Origin: an uncultured delta proteobacterium
Lineage (GTDB): Bacteria > Desulfobacterota > BSN033 > UBA1163
DNA: 64,000 nucleotides
Assembly (NCBI GenBank): GCA_963827685.1
Contig: CAWHBU010000004.1
Coordinates: forward strand, 96,001 to 160,000
Direction of reading: 5' to 3'
Shown here: one piece after another, positions 38,583-47,936 of the stretch
Layout: each line of letters starts with the position of its first letter
Position numbering within the stretch: position 1 is the first letter of the stretch
Program-made: the position numbers and the translations under genes
The notes under the pieces: model-generated
What the model saw: only the letters and a program-made list of their open reading frames with translations
What the model was told of the DNA's origin: nothing
Databases searched by the model: none

Positions 38583-38731
38583 TTACCTTCTCCATTTTTT
38601 ACGAATGTACCCCGGATGTGATGCAATATATCAAAAACAAAGTCGGTATGCAATTGAGATGCTTATTAATGGAGTGGGCTTTGGGGAGAATGGAAAGTTT
38701 AATCGGTCCTTATATCCTTAACCTTGTATTT

Positions 38732-39925
38732 TTAATTTTTGCGCATCATGTAGCCCACCGCTTTCTCTAATCCATCCAAGGTCAGTTCAAACATGGGAAA
38801 GATCTCCCGGATATGATGGATGGAGCGTGTGTAGGGCCATTCTTCGGCGAGTTTTGGATTGATCCAAGCAGCATGAGGGAAGGTTTTGGCAATAAACTTC
38901 AGCCTCTCATAACTCGGTCTTCCGGATCTCTCTTCAATATGGATGGAACCATCCGTAGACATCAGTTCATAAGGAGCCATGCTCGCATCCCCTACGATGA
39001 CAAACCTTGTTTCCGGGTCAAGGCGGACCAGTTCGTCTACTGAGAATGGTTTGGTATGCCTGGGAGGGTCTTCCCAGAGATAATCGTAGATGGTGTTGTG
39101 AAAATAAAATGTTTTGAGGTCTTTGAACTGAGACCGTGCATAATTAAAGAGGGTTTGGACCAACTCGATATAAGGATCCATGGACCATCCGCCATTGTCA
39201 ATGGCAAGGATTACCTTTAACCGGTCCTTCAGACTCCGGTCAAATACAATCTCAATTTCTCCCGCATTCCTCATGGTCTCATAAATGGTCTTATCAATAT
39301 TCACCCTATCTTTAGGACCGAAAGGAACCATATTCCTCAGTCTTTTGAGGGCCTCTCCCATTTGGGATGCGGTCATTGGTCCTTCCTGGGAGTAGTCACG
39401 ATACCTTCGATCCATGGCCACTTTGACGGCTGACTTATTTCGAGAAACACCACCCACTCTCATTCCACCCGGATGATAACCGGAATGTCCCACAGGAGAA
39501 GTCCCTTTTGTCCCAATCCACTTGTTCCCTCCGTGGTGTGCCCCGGTCTGTTCTTTTAATCGATCAAGAAAGTATTTAAGCAGCTCATCCGGACTCAGCT
39601 TTAACAAATCTTCTTCATTCACCCCAAGGGCTTCTGCTAAGCCTTTAGGATCTTTCAACCACTCATCAAGCAGGCCACGGGCGATCTCGGACAATTCAAT
39701 TTCTTCTGGTTCCTTTAACTCAGCGCCCTCAAACTGATGGGCAAAAACCTGGTCATAAAGATCAAAATATTTTTCACTCTTCACCAGAATCGTGCGGGCC
39801 CCTGTGTAAAAATCATCCAGAGAATTGATCATCCCCATGCTCAAGGCTTTCTGGAGCCTGAGAAAAGAAGTAGGGGTGACTGGAATACCCGCTTTTTTTA
39901 GTAAATAAAAGAAATCGACAAACAT
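38732..39925 (-). CDS. VWA-domain CoxE-like protein
   Basis: GGNKWIGTKGTSP.G, IDNGGWSM, VGDASMAPYEL, WINP. Confidence 0.85.
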   Translation of the reverse strand: MFVDFFYLLKKAGIPVTPTSFLRLQKALSMGMINSLDDFYTGARTILVKSEKYFDLYDQVFAHQFEGAELKEPEEIELSEIARGLLDEWLKDPKGLAEALGVNEEDLLKLSPDELLKYFLDRLKEQTGAHHGGNKWIGTKGTSPVGHSGYHPGGMRVGGVSRNKSAVKVAMDRRYRDYSQEGPMTASQMGEALKRLRNMVPFGPKDRVNIDKTIYETMRNAGEIEIVFDRSLKDRLKVILAIDNGGWSMDPYIELVQTLFNYARSQFKDLKTFYFHNTIYDYLWEDPPRHTKPFSVDELVRLDPETRFVIVGDASMAPYELMSTDGSIHIEERSGRPSYERLKFIAKTFPHAAWINPKLAEEWPYTRSIHHIREIFPMFELTLDGLEKAVGYMMRKN

Positions 39926-39952
39926 AAACGAACTCTGTCACATTCCATAAAA

Positions 39953-39992
39953 TCCCCCCTCGCCCCCCTTTCGTAAAGGGGGGTTGGGGGGA
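39953..39992. repeat. GC-rich REP-like palindrome
   Basis: TCCCCCCTCGCCCCCCTTTCGTAAAGGGGGGTTGGGGGGA; a related copy lies at about 18197-18232. Confidence 0.6.
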
Positions 39993-40018
39993 TTAGTAAT
40001 CTTACACCCTGAATCGTG

Positions 40019-40852
40019 CTACCGCATTCTGGGCAACCACATAATCTGGCTCTTTTTAAACAGAATGCCCAAGAAAGGAACCTCTCCTTTGATCAGATCT
40101 TTCACCCGGAAGTCGGGATCTGACTTTAAGGCTCTAATCCAATTAATCAGCTCCCGGGTAGCAGGTTTCTTCTCAATACCTCTGATTTCTCTGAGTCGGT
40201 AAAAGGTTTTAATGGCGCTATCGAGTAATTCCTTGTCAATATCAGAAAAATGGACATGAACAATCTTTCTCATCATGTCGGGCTCTGGAAAGGCAATGTG
40301 GTGGAAATTACAGCGACCTAAGAATGGATCGGAGAGGTCTTTTTTGGCATTGGAGGTAATAATGATGACTGGCCGTTGTTTCGCCTTGATAGTTTTATCG
40401 ATCTCGATAATATCGAATTCCATCTGGTCCAGCACATCCAGCATATCATCCTGAAAATCAGTATCTGCCTTATCAATCTCGTCAATCAGGAGAACCACTC
40501 TCTGATCAGATACAAAAGACTGTCCGATCTTGCCCATCCGAATGTACTCTTCGATATTGCTCACATCTCTTTTCGAATCACCAAAACGGCTATCGTTCAA
40601 ACGCGTGAGGGTATCGTACTGGTAAAGGGCGTCAATCAGCTTCATGCTCGATTTGACATTGAGAACGATCAGTTTCATACCAGAAGCTTCGGCAATGGCG
40701 TGAGCCAGCATGGTCTTTCCTGTTCCAGGTTCTCCCTTGAGCAGAAGAGGCATTTCCAGCGCCATCGAAATATTGACAATGCTTGCCAGCTCATCATCCA
40801 GCACGTATTTGGAAGCACCCGTAAATTCCTTTTTTTGAGTCTCTTTGTGCAT
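40019..40852 (-). CDS. MoxR-family AAA+ ATPase
   Basis: GEPGTGKT, LLIDEIDKAD, ITSN, KKPATRELINW; probable frameshift near the C-terminus. Confidence 0.9.
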   Translation of the reverse strand: MHKETQKKEFTGASKYVLDDELASIVNISMALEMPLLLKGEPGTGKTMLAHAIAEASGMKLIVLNVKSSMKLIDALYQYDTLTRLNDSRFGDSKRDVSNIEEYIRMGKIGQSFVSDQRVVLLIDEIDKADTDFQDDMLDVLDQMEFDIIEIDKTIKAKQRPVIIITSNAKKDLSDPFLGRCNFHHIAFPEPDMMRKIVHVHFSDIDKELLDSAIKTFYRLREIRGIEKKPATRELINWIRALKSDPDFRVKDLIKGEVPFLGILFKKSQIMWLPRMR

Positions 40853-41086
40853 ATCTCCACTCCTTCGTCAATCCTATGAGAATTTAGATGATGATATCAT
40901 AACCACTTTGTCATCATGTTTCAATATTAAGTTGATCTTATCGCTCTGGGAATAGACGGATTTTGTGAATTGAAATAGCAATCTATAATTGGGCAGCTTC
41001 TTGTGTTGATACCGAAAATCTGTTTAAATTTAGGCTGGAAGAAGTTTTTAAGAGCGATGCGAAATACGTCGTTTCGAGGCACTGAG

Positions 41087-42472
41087 ATGATGAACGGGCG
41101 ATGGTGGGTGACAGTCAATATTTCTATTGGCGTCTATATGTCCACACTGGATGCCAGCATCGTGAATATCTCCCTTCCCACGATCATTCGATCTTTGAAT
41201 ACCCACTTGACAGCCGTGGCCTGGGTGGTGATGGCTTATTTGATCATGATCACGGGATGCCTGCTTGTGGTGGGAAGGCTCTCGGATCTTTTCGGACTGA
41301 GAAGGATCTACCTCTTAGGGTATTTGACCTTCACCATTGGTTCGGCTCTCTGCAGTTTTTCACCCACGATCTATTTTCTGATCGGTTCCAGGATGCTTCA
41401 AGGATTAGGTGCTTCTGCCCTGATGGCCAATGGTCCTGCGATACTGACAACGGCCTATCCAGAACATGAGAGAGGAAAGGCATTGGGAATTTTGGGTTCA
41501 GTCGTCTCAGCAGGTTTCTTAACAGGGCCTATTCTTGGCGGATTTTTGGTTGAACATCTCGGATGGAGATCAATCTTCTTTATCAATCTCCCCATTGGTG
41601 CCATGGGAATCTATCTCTCTTCGAAAGTCCTCGAAAGGGTCGAACCAACAGGTAAACCACGAGTGGATCTCTGGGGAGCCCTTCTGCTCTTTTTCTTCGT
41701 GACCTCTCTTCTCCTTTTCCTTAATCAAATAGGCCAAGGATCAGCTCCTCTCCTATGGGTATGGCTCTTTTTCAGTCTGCTCTGTTTCAGCCTATTTGTC
41801 ATTGTGGAGATCCTATCCCCTTTCCCATTGGTGGATCTCAAACTTTTTAGAAGACGGCTCTTCATCTCGTCTCTCGGAGCAAGCTTTCTATCCTTCTGGA
41901 TGAGTGCTGCCCATAGCTTCGTCATCCCTTTCTTCCTCCAGAATATCCTGGGGTTTTCGCCCTCCAAGGTAGGAATGCTCATCTTCCCCGTCGCCCTCAC
42001 CGTGATGGTCATGGCTCCTCTGGGGGGAAGGTTTTCTGATCGTTTCGGAGTTAGAATCCCGACCACCATGGGTTTGATCCTGACTTCTTTGACCGTCTTT
42101 TCCTTTACCTTTTTGAAGCCAGTGGTAAGAGATTTTGACATTCTATGGAGACAAATTGTTCTTGGCATTGGGATCAGTTTTTTTAATCCGGCCAATAACA
42201 GCGCCATCATCGGTTCTCTGCCCCGTGAGAAGGTGGGCCTGGCCTCAAGTTTTTTGGCCCTTTCGAGAAATTTGGGAATAGTGATTGGAGTTGCCTTTGC
42301 AGAGATGGTCATTGCTTTCAGACTTCCAGTTGTGCAATTGGAAAAAGCAAAGGCAGGTCCTTCTCTGGAAGGCATACAGGATGTTTGGAAACTTGTTTTG
42401 GTCATCGGGCTTACAGCGATCCTCATCTCTTGGGCAAGGGAGAGTAAATCTAATGTCTCTGGAGGGAAATAG
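41087..42472 (+). CDS. MFS drug:H+ antiporter (DHA2-like)
   Basis: LDASIVNISLP, GRLSDLFG, RMLQGLG, GPILGG, WRSIFFINLPIG. Confidence 0.9.
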   Translation: MMNGRWWVTVNISIGVYMSTLDASIVNISLPTIIRSLNTHLTAVAWVVMAYLIMITGCLLVVGRLSDLFGLRRIYLLGYLTFTIGSALCSFSPTIYFLIGSRMLQGLGASALMANGPAILTTAYPEHERGKALGILGSVVSAGFLTGPILGGFLVEHLGWRSIFFINLPIGAMGIYLSSKVLERVEPTGKPRVDLWGALLLFFFVTSLLLFLNQIGQGSAPLLWVWLFFSLLCFSLFVIVEILSPFPLVDLKLFRRRLFISSLGASFLSFWMSAAHSFVIPFFLQNILGFSPSKVGMLIFPVALTVMVMAPLGGRFSDRFGVRIPTTMGLILTSLTVFSFTFLKPVVRDFDILWRQIVLGIGISFFNPANNSAIIGSLPREKVGLASSFLALSRNLGIVIGVAFAEMVIAFRLPVVQLEKAKAGPSLEGIQDVWKLVLVIGLTAILISWARESKSNVSGGK

Positions 42473-42566
42473 TCCTAATCCTCCTTTGGAATGGGAAGTC
42501 GAAGGAAGTCAAAGGGTTGACTTTTTGGGGATTTCTTGAAAAAATAAATTTGAATGGAGGCTTTTA

Positions 42567-43292
42567 GTGAAACGTTCAGATGGAAGAGGGTTTAAGGCTC
42601 TAAGGCCTGTAAAAATTACGAGAAATTATTTAAAACATGCGGAGGGGTCTGTCCTCATCCAAATAGGGGATACCAAAGTGATCTGTTCGGCCAGTGTGGA
42701 AGAGAGAGTACCACCTTTTTTAAGAAATACTGGAAAAGGTTGGGTCACCGCAGAATATTCCATGCTCCCCCGTTCAACGCATACCCGTACTTCCAGAGAT
42801 TCACTAACGGGTCGAGGAAGCGGCCGCGCCTTTGAGATTCAAAGGTTGATCGGACGCTCTTTGAGGTCTGTGACCGATCTCAATGCATTCGGGGAAAGGA
42901 CAATCTGGATCGACTGTGATGTGATCCAAGCCGATGGGGGGACAAGGACGGCTTCTATCACAGGGGCTTATGTTGCTTTGGTGGACGCTTTTCGAAAGAT
43001 GGTTAAAAATGGGATGATTGAAAATGTTCCCGTCAAAGATTCAGTCGCTGCCATTAGCGTAGGGAAAGTGGGTGGGGAAGTCCTGTTGGATTTGGATTAT
43101 GAAGAGGATTCCAAAGCCGAAGTGGATATGAACATAGTGATGACTGGTGGAGGGAAGTTTGTAGAAATCCAGGGCACCGCAGAGGGGGGCGTCTTTGCAA
43201 AAAAGGAGATGGATGGGTTGGTGAAGATCGCTCAAAACGGAATTAAGATCCTTACAAGAATCCAGAAAAAGTCTCTGGAAGGGAAAGGATAA
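42567..43292 (+). CDS. rph: Ribonuclease PH
   Basis: [39 protein letters not shown]. Confidence 0.97.
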   Translation: MKRSDGRGFKALRPVKITRNYLKHAEGSVLIQIGDTKVICSASVEERVPPFLRNTGKGWVTAEYSMLPRSTHTRTSRDSLTGRGSGRAFEIQRLIGRSLRSVTDLNAFGERTIWIDCDVIQADGGTRTASITGAYVALVDAFRKMVKNGMIENVPVKDSVAAISVGKVGGEVLLDLDYEEDSKAEVDMNIVMTGGGKFVEIQGTAEGGVFAKKEMDGLVKIAQNGIKILTRIQKKSLEGKG

Positions 43293-43311
43293 AGTTAATA
43301 TTAGAAAACGA

Positions 43312-43902
43312 TTGGAAGTGGTTGTTGCAACTCGGAACAAGGGGAAAATTAGGGAGATCCGAGAGGCTTTGAAAGGGTTGGGCCTTTGGATCTACACGTT
43401 AAGCGATTTTCCAAATGTCCCTGAAATCGAAGAGAATGGTAAGAGTTTCACTGAAAATGCTCTGAAAAAAGCTCGGTTTTATTCAAAGTACTTTCATAAA
43501 TTGACCATCGCGGATGATTCTGGATTAGAAGTAAATAGCTTGAAAGGCTTGCCTGGGATCTATTCCGCGAGGTACGCTGGAGAAGGGGCATCGAGTCAAG
43601 AGAATAATCAAAAACTCCTAAGGGAGATGCAAGACGTTCCGATTTCGAAAAGAGGAGCGAGATTTAAATGCATCATTGCAGTTGTATCGCCTGACGGAAG
43701 GGAAGCCCTTGCTGAGGGGGCGTGCAGGGGAAGAATTGGATTTGTAGAAAAGGGAAAGAAGGGGTTTGGATATGATCCCCTCTTCATTCCTCCAAATTAT
43801 GGGAAGACGATGGCCGAGCTTTCCCTTGAAGCAAAAAATAGGATTAGCCATCGAGGAAAGGCCTTAAAAAAGATCAGAAGGATAATTCAGTCTTTTTCGT
43901 GA
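43312..43902 (+). CDS. rdgB: dITP/XTP pyrophosphatase
   Basis: ATRNKGK, ADDSGL, GFGYDPLF, SHRG; follows rph. Confidence 0.95.
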   Translation: MEVVVATRNKGKIREIREALKGLGLWIYTLSDFPNVPEIEENGKSFTENALKKARFYSKYFHKLTIADDSGLEVNSLKGLPGIYSARYAGEGASSQENNQKLLREMQDVPISKRGARFKCIIAVVSPDGREALAEGACRGRIGFVEKGKKGFGYDPLFIPPNYGKTMAELSLEAKNRISHRGKALKKIRRIIQSFS

Positions 43903-43948
43903 TTGTGGGCGGTTGTCTCAGCAATAGGGATGTGTTAAATAGGAAGTC

Positions 43949-44097
43949 AATAACCAAATAGCAAGCACCAAGTACCAAATAATAACCGAAATTGCAATTT
44001 CCCAAAATGCTAATAATATTTACAAACGTATCTTGGTCATTTGGTAATTAAGTAATTGGAATTTGTTTAGAGCTTGGTATTTGGTGATTGGAATTTG
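43949..44097. repeat. 7-nt-periodic hairpin upstream of tRNA-Pro
   Basis: (ACCAAAT)-like units facing (ATTTGGT)-like units. Confidence 0.7.
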
Positions 44098-44102
44098 AAT
44101 AT

Positions 44103-44180
44103 CGGGGCGTAGCGCAGCCTGGTTAGCGCGCCTGCCTTGGGAGCAGGAGGTCGGCCGTTCAAATCGGCTCGCCCCGACCA
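44103..44180 (+). tRNA. tRNA-Pro(TGG)
   Basis: Cloverleaf CGGGGCG...CGCCCCG ACCA; anticodon arm CCTGC-CTTGGGA-GCAGG; T-loop GTTCAAATC. Confidence 0.97.
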
Positions 44181-44288
44181 GTTTTTCAGTTCCTTGCAAA
44201 CCCAATCTAATAAAACCTCGTTCCCTGAGTCTTCCACGTCCATTGAAACTCGATCAATGGTTAAAATGATTTCTTGGGATAGACCATT

Positions 44289-45821
44289 TCACTCAATTTT
44301 TCGAAGACCTCCGAAAGCAGGCAGTAGACCTTTTTCTTTAAGAAGAGATATCATCTTCAACACGTCATCTTTATTATCAAACTTTCCGATCACCACACGA
44401 TACCAGGTCTCTCGGGGTGATACTTTCCGAGGAAGGATCTCTATTTTTTTCCCTCTTAATGCTGGTTCATCGTTGTAAAATTTGGCGGGATCAGGAGTCT
44501 CAAAAGTTCCAGCATGAATTTTAAGAGTATGGTCAAGGGATTGGATGATCAGTAACTCCTCAGTGATATTGGGGATCTTAATTTCCTGGTCAACTATAAT
44601 GAGATGGACATTGGTAATTTTGGGGTTCAACTCTAAGATGAAATCCATAAGAGTTATATTGGCCCTCCCATAATATTTTTGCGTAAGTTGGGAGACGGTT
44701 TCCTCTTTTTTTACGGCCACAACCTCCTTCAGTTTATATTCTCGGCCCATATTGGCAAGAGAGGCAGAAGGTGGAGTAATCTGAGAAAAAGCTGACGTGG
44801 AGGATTCTTCGGTATGGACATGAGGACTTATAATGGATTTGATGCCCCACATTTTGGTAGGTCTTTGGTATGAGTATCTATAGATCAGAAGAAAGAGCCC
44901 TCCGATGAAAAATAAGAATAATAAGATGATAAGGGGAACTTTGTTTAGAAAAAATCTTAATCTGAAGGGGAATGTACGGAATTCATCAATAGGGGTGGGT
45001 GAAGAGGGGGTAATCTTCTGCAGGGTTGGACCTTCTATATCCTTTATCACCTCACGAACGATACTTGCGTCGATCTTATTCTTGGATAGACGGTAACCGG
45101 TCAGGAAAGCATTATCACATAGGGTATTGATAATGCGTGGAATTCCACCGGCATAGTGACAAATCATGGAGATAGCTTCTGGGGTAAACGTTTCAAGGCT
45201 GCTGCTTCCAACCAATCTGAGTCGATGGTCGATATATTCCTTGGACTCTTCTTCGCTTAACGCCTTGATTTGACACCTAACTTTTATCATCTGCTTGAGC
45301 TGTCTTAGACTTCCTAAAGCGAGCTTGTCCTCAAGCTCAGGTTGTCCCACGAAAACGATATTAATTGCCTTCGATTCTAGGTCAGAAAACATCTTGAGTT
45401 CTTCCATCACTTCTTCAGTAAGCTTTTGTGCCTCATCGATGATGATTACCAAGATTTCGTTCTTGGCAGCGATCTGAGTTGAATATTGAATAAGTTGATC
45501 CCAAAGACCTGCCTTGTTTTTCTCGACAGCCCAGAGGTCTAACTCCCGAAGGATCATTCTTAATAAATCATTAAAGGAGACGGTGGTATGAAAAATGAAG
45601 ATAGTCTTCACTTTCACGTCGAAACTATTAAGCAAGGAGTGAATGAGAGTTGTTTTACCTGTCCCCGCTTCGCCAATAATAGAAATTAAGCCTCTTCGTT
45701 CTCTGATCCCATAAATCACGGAGGCCAATGCCTTGCGAAAGCTAGGGGTGAGAAAGATAAATCTGGGGTCAGGAGTTAATTCGAAAGGCTTTTCTGAGAA
45801 AGCATAAAATTCATTATACAT
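44289..45821 (-). CDS. ExeA/GspA-type AAA ATPase with TM, LysM-like and SPOR-like domains
   Basis: FSEKPFELTPDPRF, GEAGTGKT, IIDEAQ, VGQPEL, GGIPRIIN; LNPKITNVHLI; WYRVVIGKF. Confidence 0.85.
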   Translation of the reverse strand: MYNEFYAFSEKPFELTPDPRFIFLTPSFRKALASVIYGIRERRGLISIIGEAGTGKTTLIHSLLNSFDVKVKTIFIFHTTVSFNDLLRMILRELDLWAVEKNKAGLWDQLIQYSTQIAAKNEILVIIIDEAQKLTEEVMEELKMFSDLESKAINIVFVGQPELEDKLALGSLRQLKQMIKVRCQIKALSEEESKEYIDHRLRLVGSSSLETFTPEAISMICHYAGGIPRIINTLCDNAFLTGYRLSKNKIDASIVREVIKDIEGPTLQKITPSSPTPIDEFRTFPFRLRFFLNKVPLIILLFLFFIGGLFLLIYRYSYQRPTKMWGIKSIISPHVHTEESSTSAFSQITPPSASLANMGREYKLKEVVAVKKEETVSQLTQKYYGRANITLMDFILELNPKITNVHLIIVDQEIKIPNITEELLIIQSLDHTLKIHAGTFETPDPAKFYNDEPALRGKKIEILPRKVSPRETWYRVVIGKFDNKDDVLKMISLLKEKGLLPAFGGLRKIE

Positions 45822-46108
45822 ATGTTACCTAATTATCAATAGAGATGTATCTCAAAGTATTTATCTTCTTTAAAGAAAATAGGGACTGAGTTCGTCCCTG
45901 AATCATTGAAACACAGCATCCACAAGGAAATAATCCAAAAGAAGTTTAACCCTGATTCTGGGATGCTTTCTCGTTTCAACGACGGCAGTTTTAGGTTTTA
46001 ACTTTTCCTCCCCTAAAGGGCTATTAATGGAAGGCTCAATTTTGATAAAAGACTACTAAACAGGAGCAAATAAGTCAACCGAAAGTTTAATGTCCAGTGA
46101 ATAAGTGC

Positions 46109-47554
46109 GAGTCAATACCTTTTTTAGTTGAAATTCGATAATGGCTCCTTGTTGAGTTCATCAGGCCGCCTCCGCCACCTTCGGCATTTCTTGTTTTCCT
46201 CCCTGTCTCGCAATCTCCCTCTGGATAGAAATTCTTAACTGTGGAAGATATCTGTAACCCTTGACCTTTCTAAGTCTCGGCTCAATATCTAAAAGGGCTG
46301 CGGCTAACCACCGATGCTTCTGATCACTATTCTTCCAATAATCGACCTTGTCGGTCTTCTGACCAATGAGCGCCATCAAGGATTCGATACAGTTCGTGGT
46401 TTTAAAGCTGATCCCACATTCTCTAAGGAGTCCCAAACGATGCAGCGTCAAGGTCTCTTCACATCCTTCGTCTAAACTATTGACCGCCGATCGGTTGAGC
46501 AGCTGCAGTTCCTTACGAATCTTTAACAGTCTCTCCTTCGCCCTTTCATAGATGGGCTCCTCATAGGCCTCTTGAAGCTTCCGCCTCATCGAAGCCTGCA
46601 TCGCCTTCGGAAGATAACTCACCACATTCTCCCGCTTGTGCCACTGGCATCGCTGCACCAAGGCTTTATTCCCAAAAACTTCATACACCGCTTTCCTCAA
46701 CCCTTTCGATCCATCAATCACACATAAAAACCCTTCTTCCATCTCTAGCCCACGCTCCAGCAACCCCTGGAGCATTTCCCGGCCAACCCGCTCATTCTCC
46801 GTCCCCGCCTGAATAAATCCTAAAAGAATCTTCTCCCCTTTGACGGTAATCCCCAATACCAAAATCATCTCATCTGCACCAAAACTCTTCCCATCCAGAA
46901 TCAATGCTACAAAATCATACCCCTCCAATCGACGCTCGCAAAGCTCCTTGAGCGCTTTTGCGCTGACTCGAATGTATCGCCTCGAAATCGTCGAACCACT
47001 CAAACCAAAAGCCTCCGGCACCGCTTCCGCACACTCCTCATAGTTCCGACAACTTAATCCATGGAGAACTCGTCTCAATACCCCTTCATCTGCCCCACGA
47101 GGCTCCTGTAACCGCTCATAACTCTTTAACCGTACCTCTTTCCCCCCACGCCTATCTCTCACCCTTGGCACCAAGATCGGAAGCTTCTGATCCGATAGAT
47201 AAACTGACCCCCCTTGGCTCCCCCAACGATCATACCCAGGAACCCCCCGGCGCTTATATCTTTCCCCAGCTAAACTTCTGACTTCTTCCTCCAAAACCTC
47301 CTTCACATGCCACAACCCTACGGGGATCAATGCCTGGATTAACTCTATCTTCATATCCACATCCATCTGCTTCAATCCCCTATCACAAATCTCTTTCACC
47401 CGCGCCCGCCTAACCTTGACACCTCTACCAATCCGTAATATCTTCTCCATCACTGGCTCCTTTCTTGGTGGTTTTTCTTTTTCTTCCCAAAGTAAGAGAT
47501 TACCACCATTTTAGGAGCCACTTCTCAAATTTCAACTAAATTTAGCACACCCTC
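46109..47554 (-). mobile_element. Complete IS256-family element with 8-bp target duplication
   Basis: ATAAGTGC at 46101-46108 and 47555-47562; inverted ends share TTTAGTTGAAATT. Confidence 0.9.
46161..47453 (-). CDS. IS256 (Mutator) family DDE transposase
   Basis: VPRVRDR, LDGK, DGSKGL, QRCQWHK, TTNCIES. Confidence 0.93.
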   Translation of the reverse strand: MMEKILRIGRGVKVRRARVKEICDRGLKQMDVDMKIELIQALIPVGLWHVKEVLEEEVRSLAGERYKRRGVPGYDRWGSQGGSVYLSDQKLPILVPRVRDRRGGKEVRLKSYERLQEPRGADEGVLRRVLHGLSCRNYEECAEAVPEAFGLSGSTISRRYIRVSAKALKELCERRLEGYDFVALILDGKSFGADEMILVLGITVKGEKILLGFIQAGTENERVGREMLQGLLERGLEMEEGFLCVIDGSKGLRKAVYEVFGNKALVQRCQWHKRENVVSYLPKAMQASMRRKLQEAYEEPIYERAKERLLKIRKELQLLNRSAVNSLDEGCEETLTLHRLGLLRECGISFKTTNCIESLMALIGQKTDKVDYWKNSDQKHRWLAAALLDIEPRLRKVKGYRYLPQLRISIQREIARQGGKQEMPKVAEAA

Positions 47555-47847
47555 ATAAGTGCCCTTTTTCATATATTAAATAGTGGGTGTAAAGGAAGTT
47601 TATGATTTTAAAAATGGGTCAGTAAGTATATTCAAAAGAAAATAAGCCTGCTGAGCTCCTGAGGAAGAGTCTCCCTATTCTTTCTTCCACTATTCGTTAA
47701 AACCTGGACAAAATGTCAAAGAATGAAAAAAATCGGTACTGTTCCGCTAAAATGGAGAAAAGTAAGGTAAGAGGGGGATCATTATAACTTAATAAATTCA
47801 TTAAGTTTAGGAAGCATTTATACCTGCGTGTTCTCAATGGTTTTCAA

Positions 47848-47864
47848 TTGGTATGTTTTTTGCT
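47848..47864 (+). promoter_or_regulatory. Putative sigma-54 promoter
   Basis: TTGGTATGTTTTTTGCT fits GG-N10-GC, upstream of the kinase gene. Confidence 0.55.
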
Positions 47865-47936
47865 CAATTTTCACAATAGATGGATTAAGTAAGCGAAATA
47901 AAATTTATTTTTTCCAGACTCGAACGTAATTATAAG

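Noticed and set aside
41725-42426. Long antisense ORFs (also 15610-16314, 33380-33904, 28809-29336 and others)
   Set aside because: Shadows of well-supported genes on the opposite strand.
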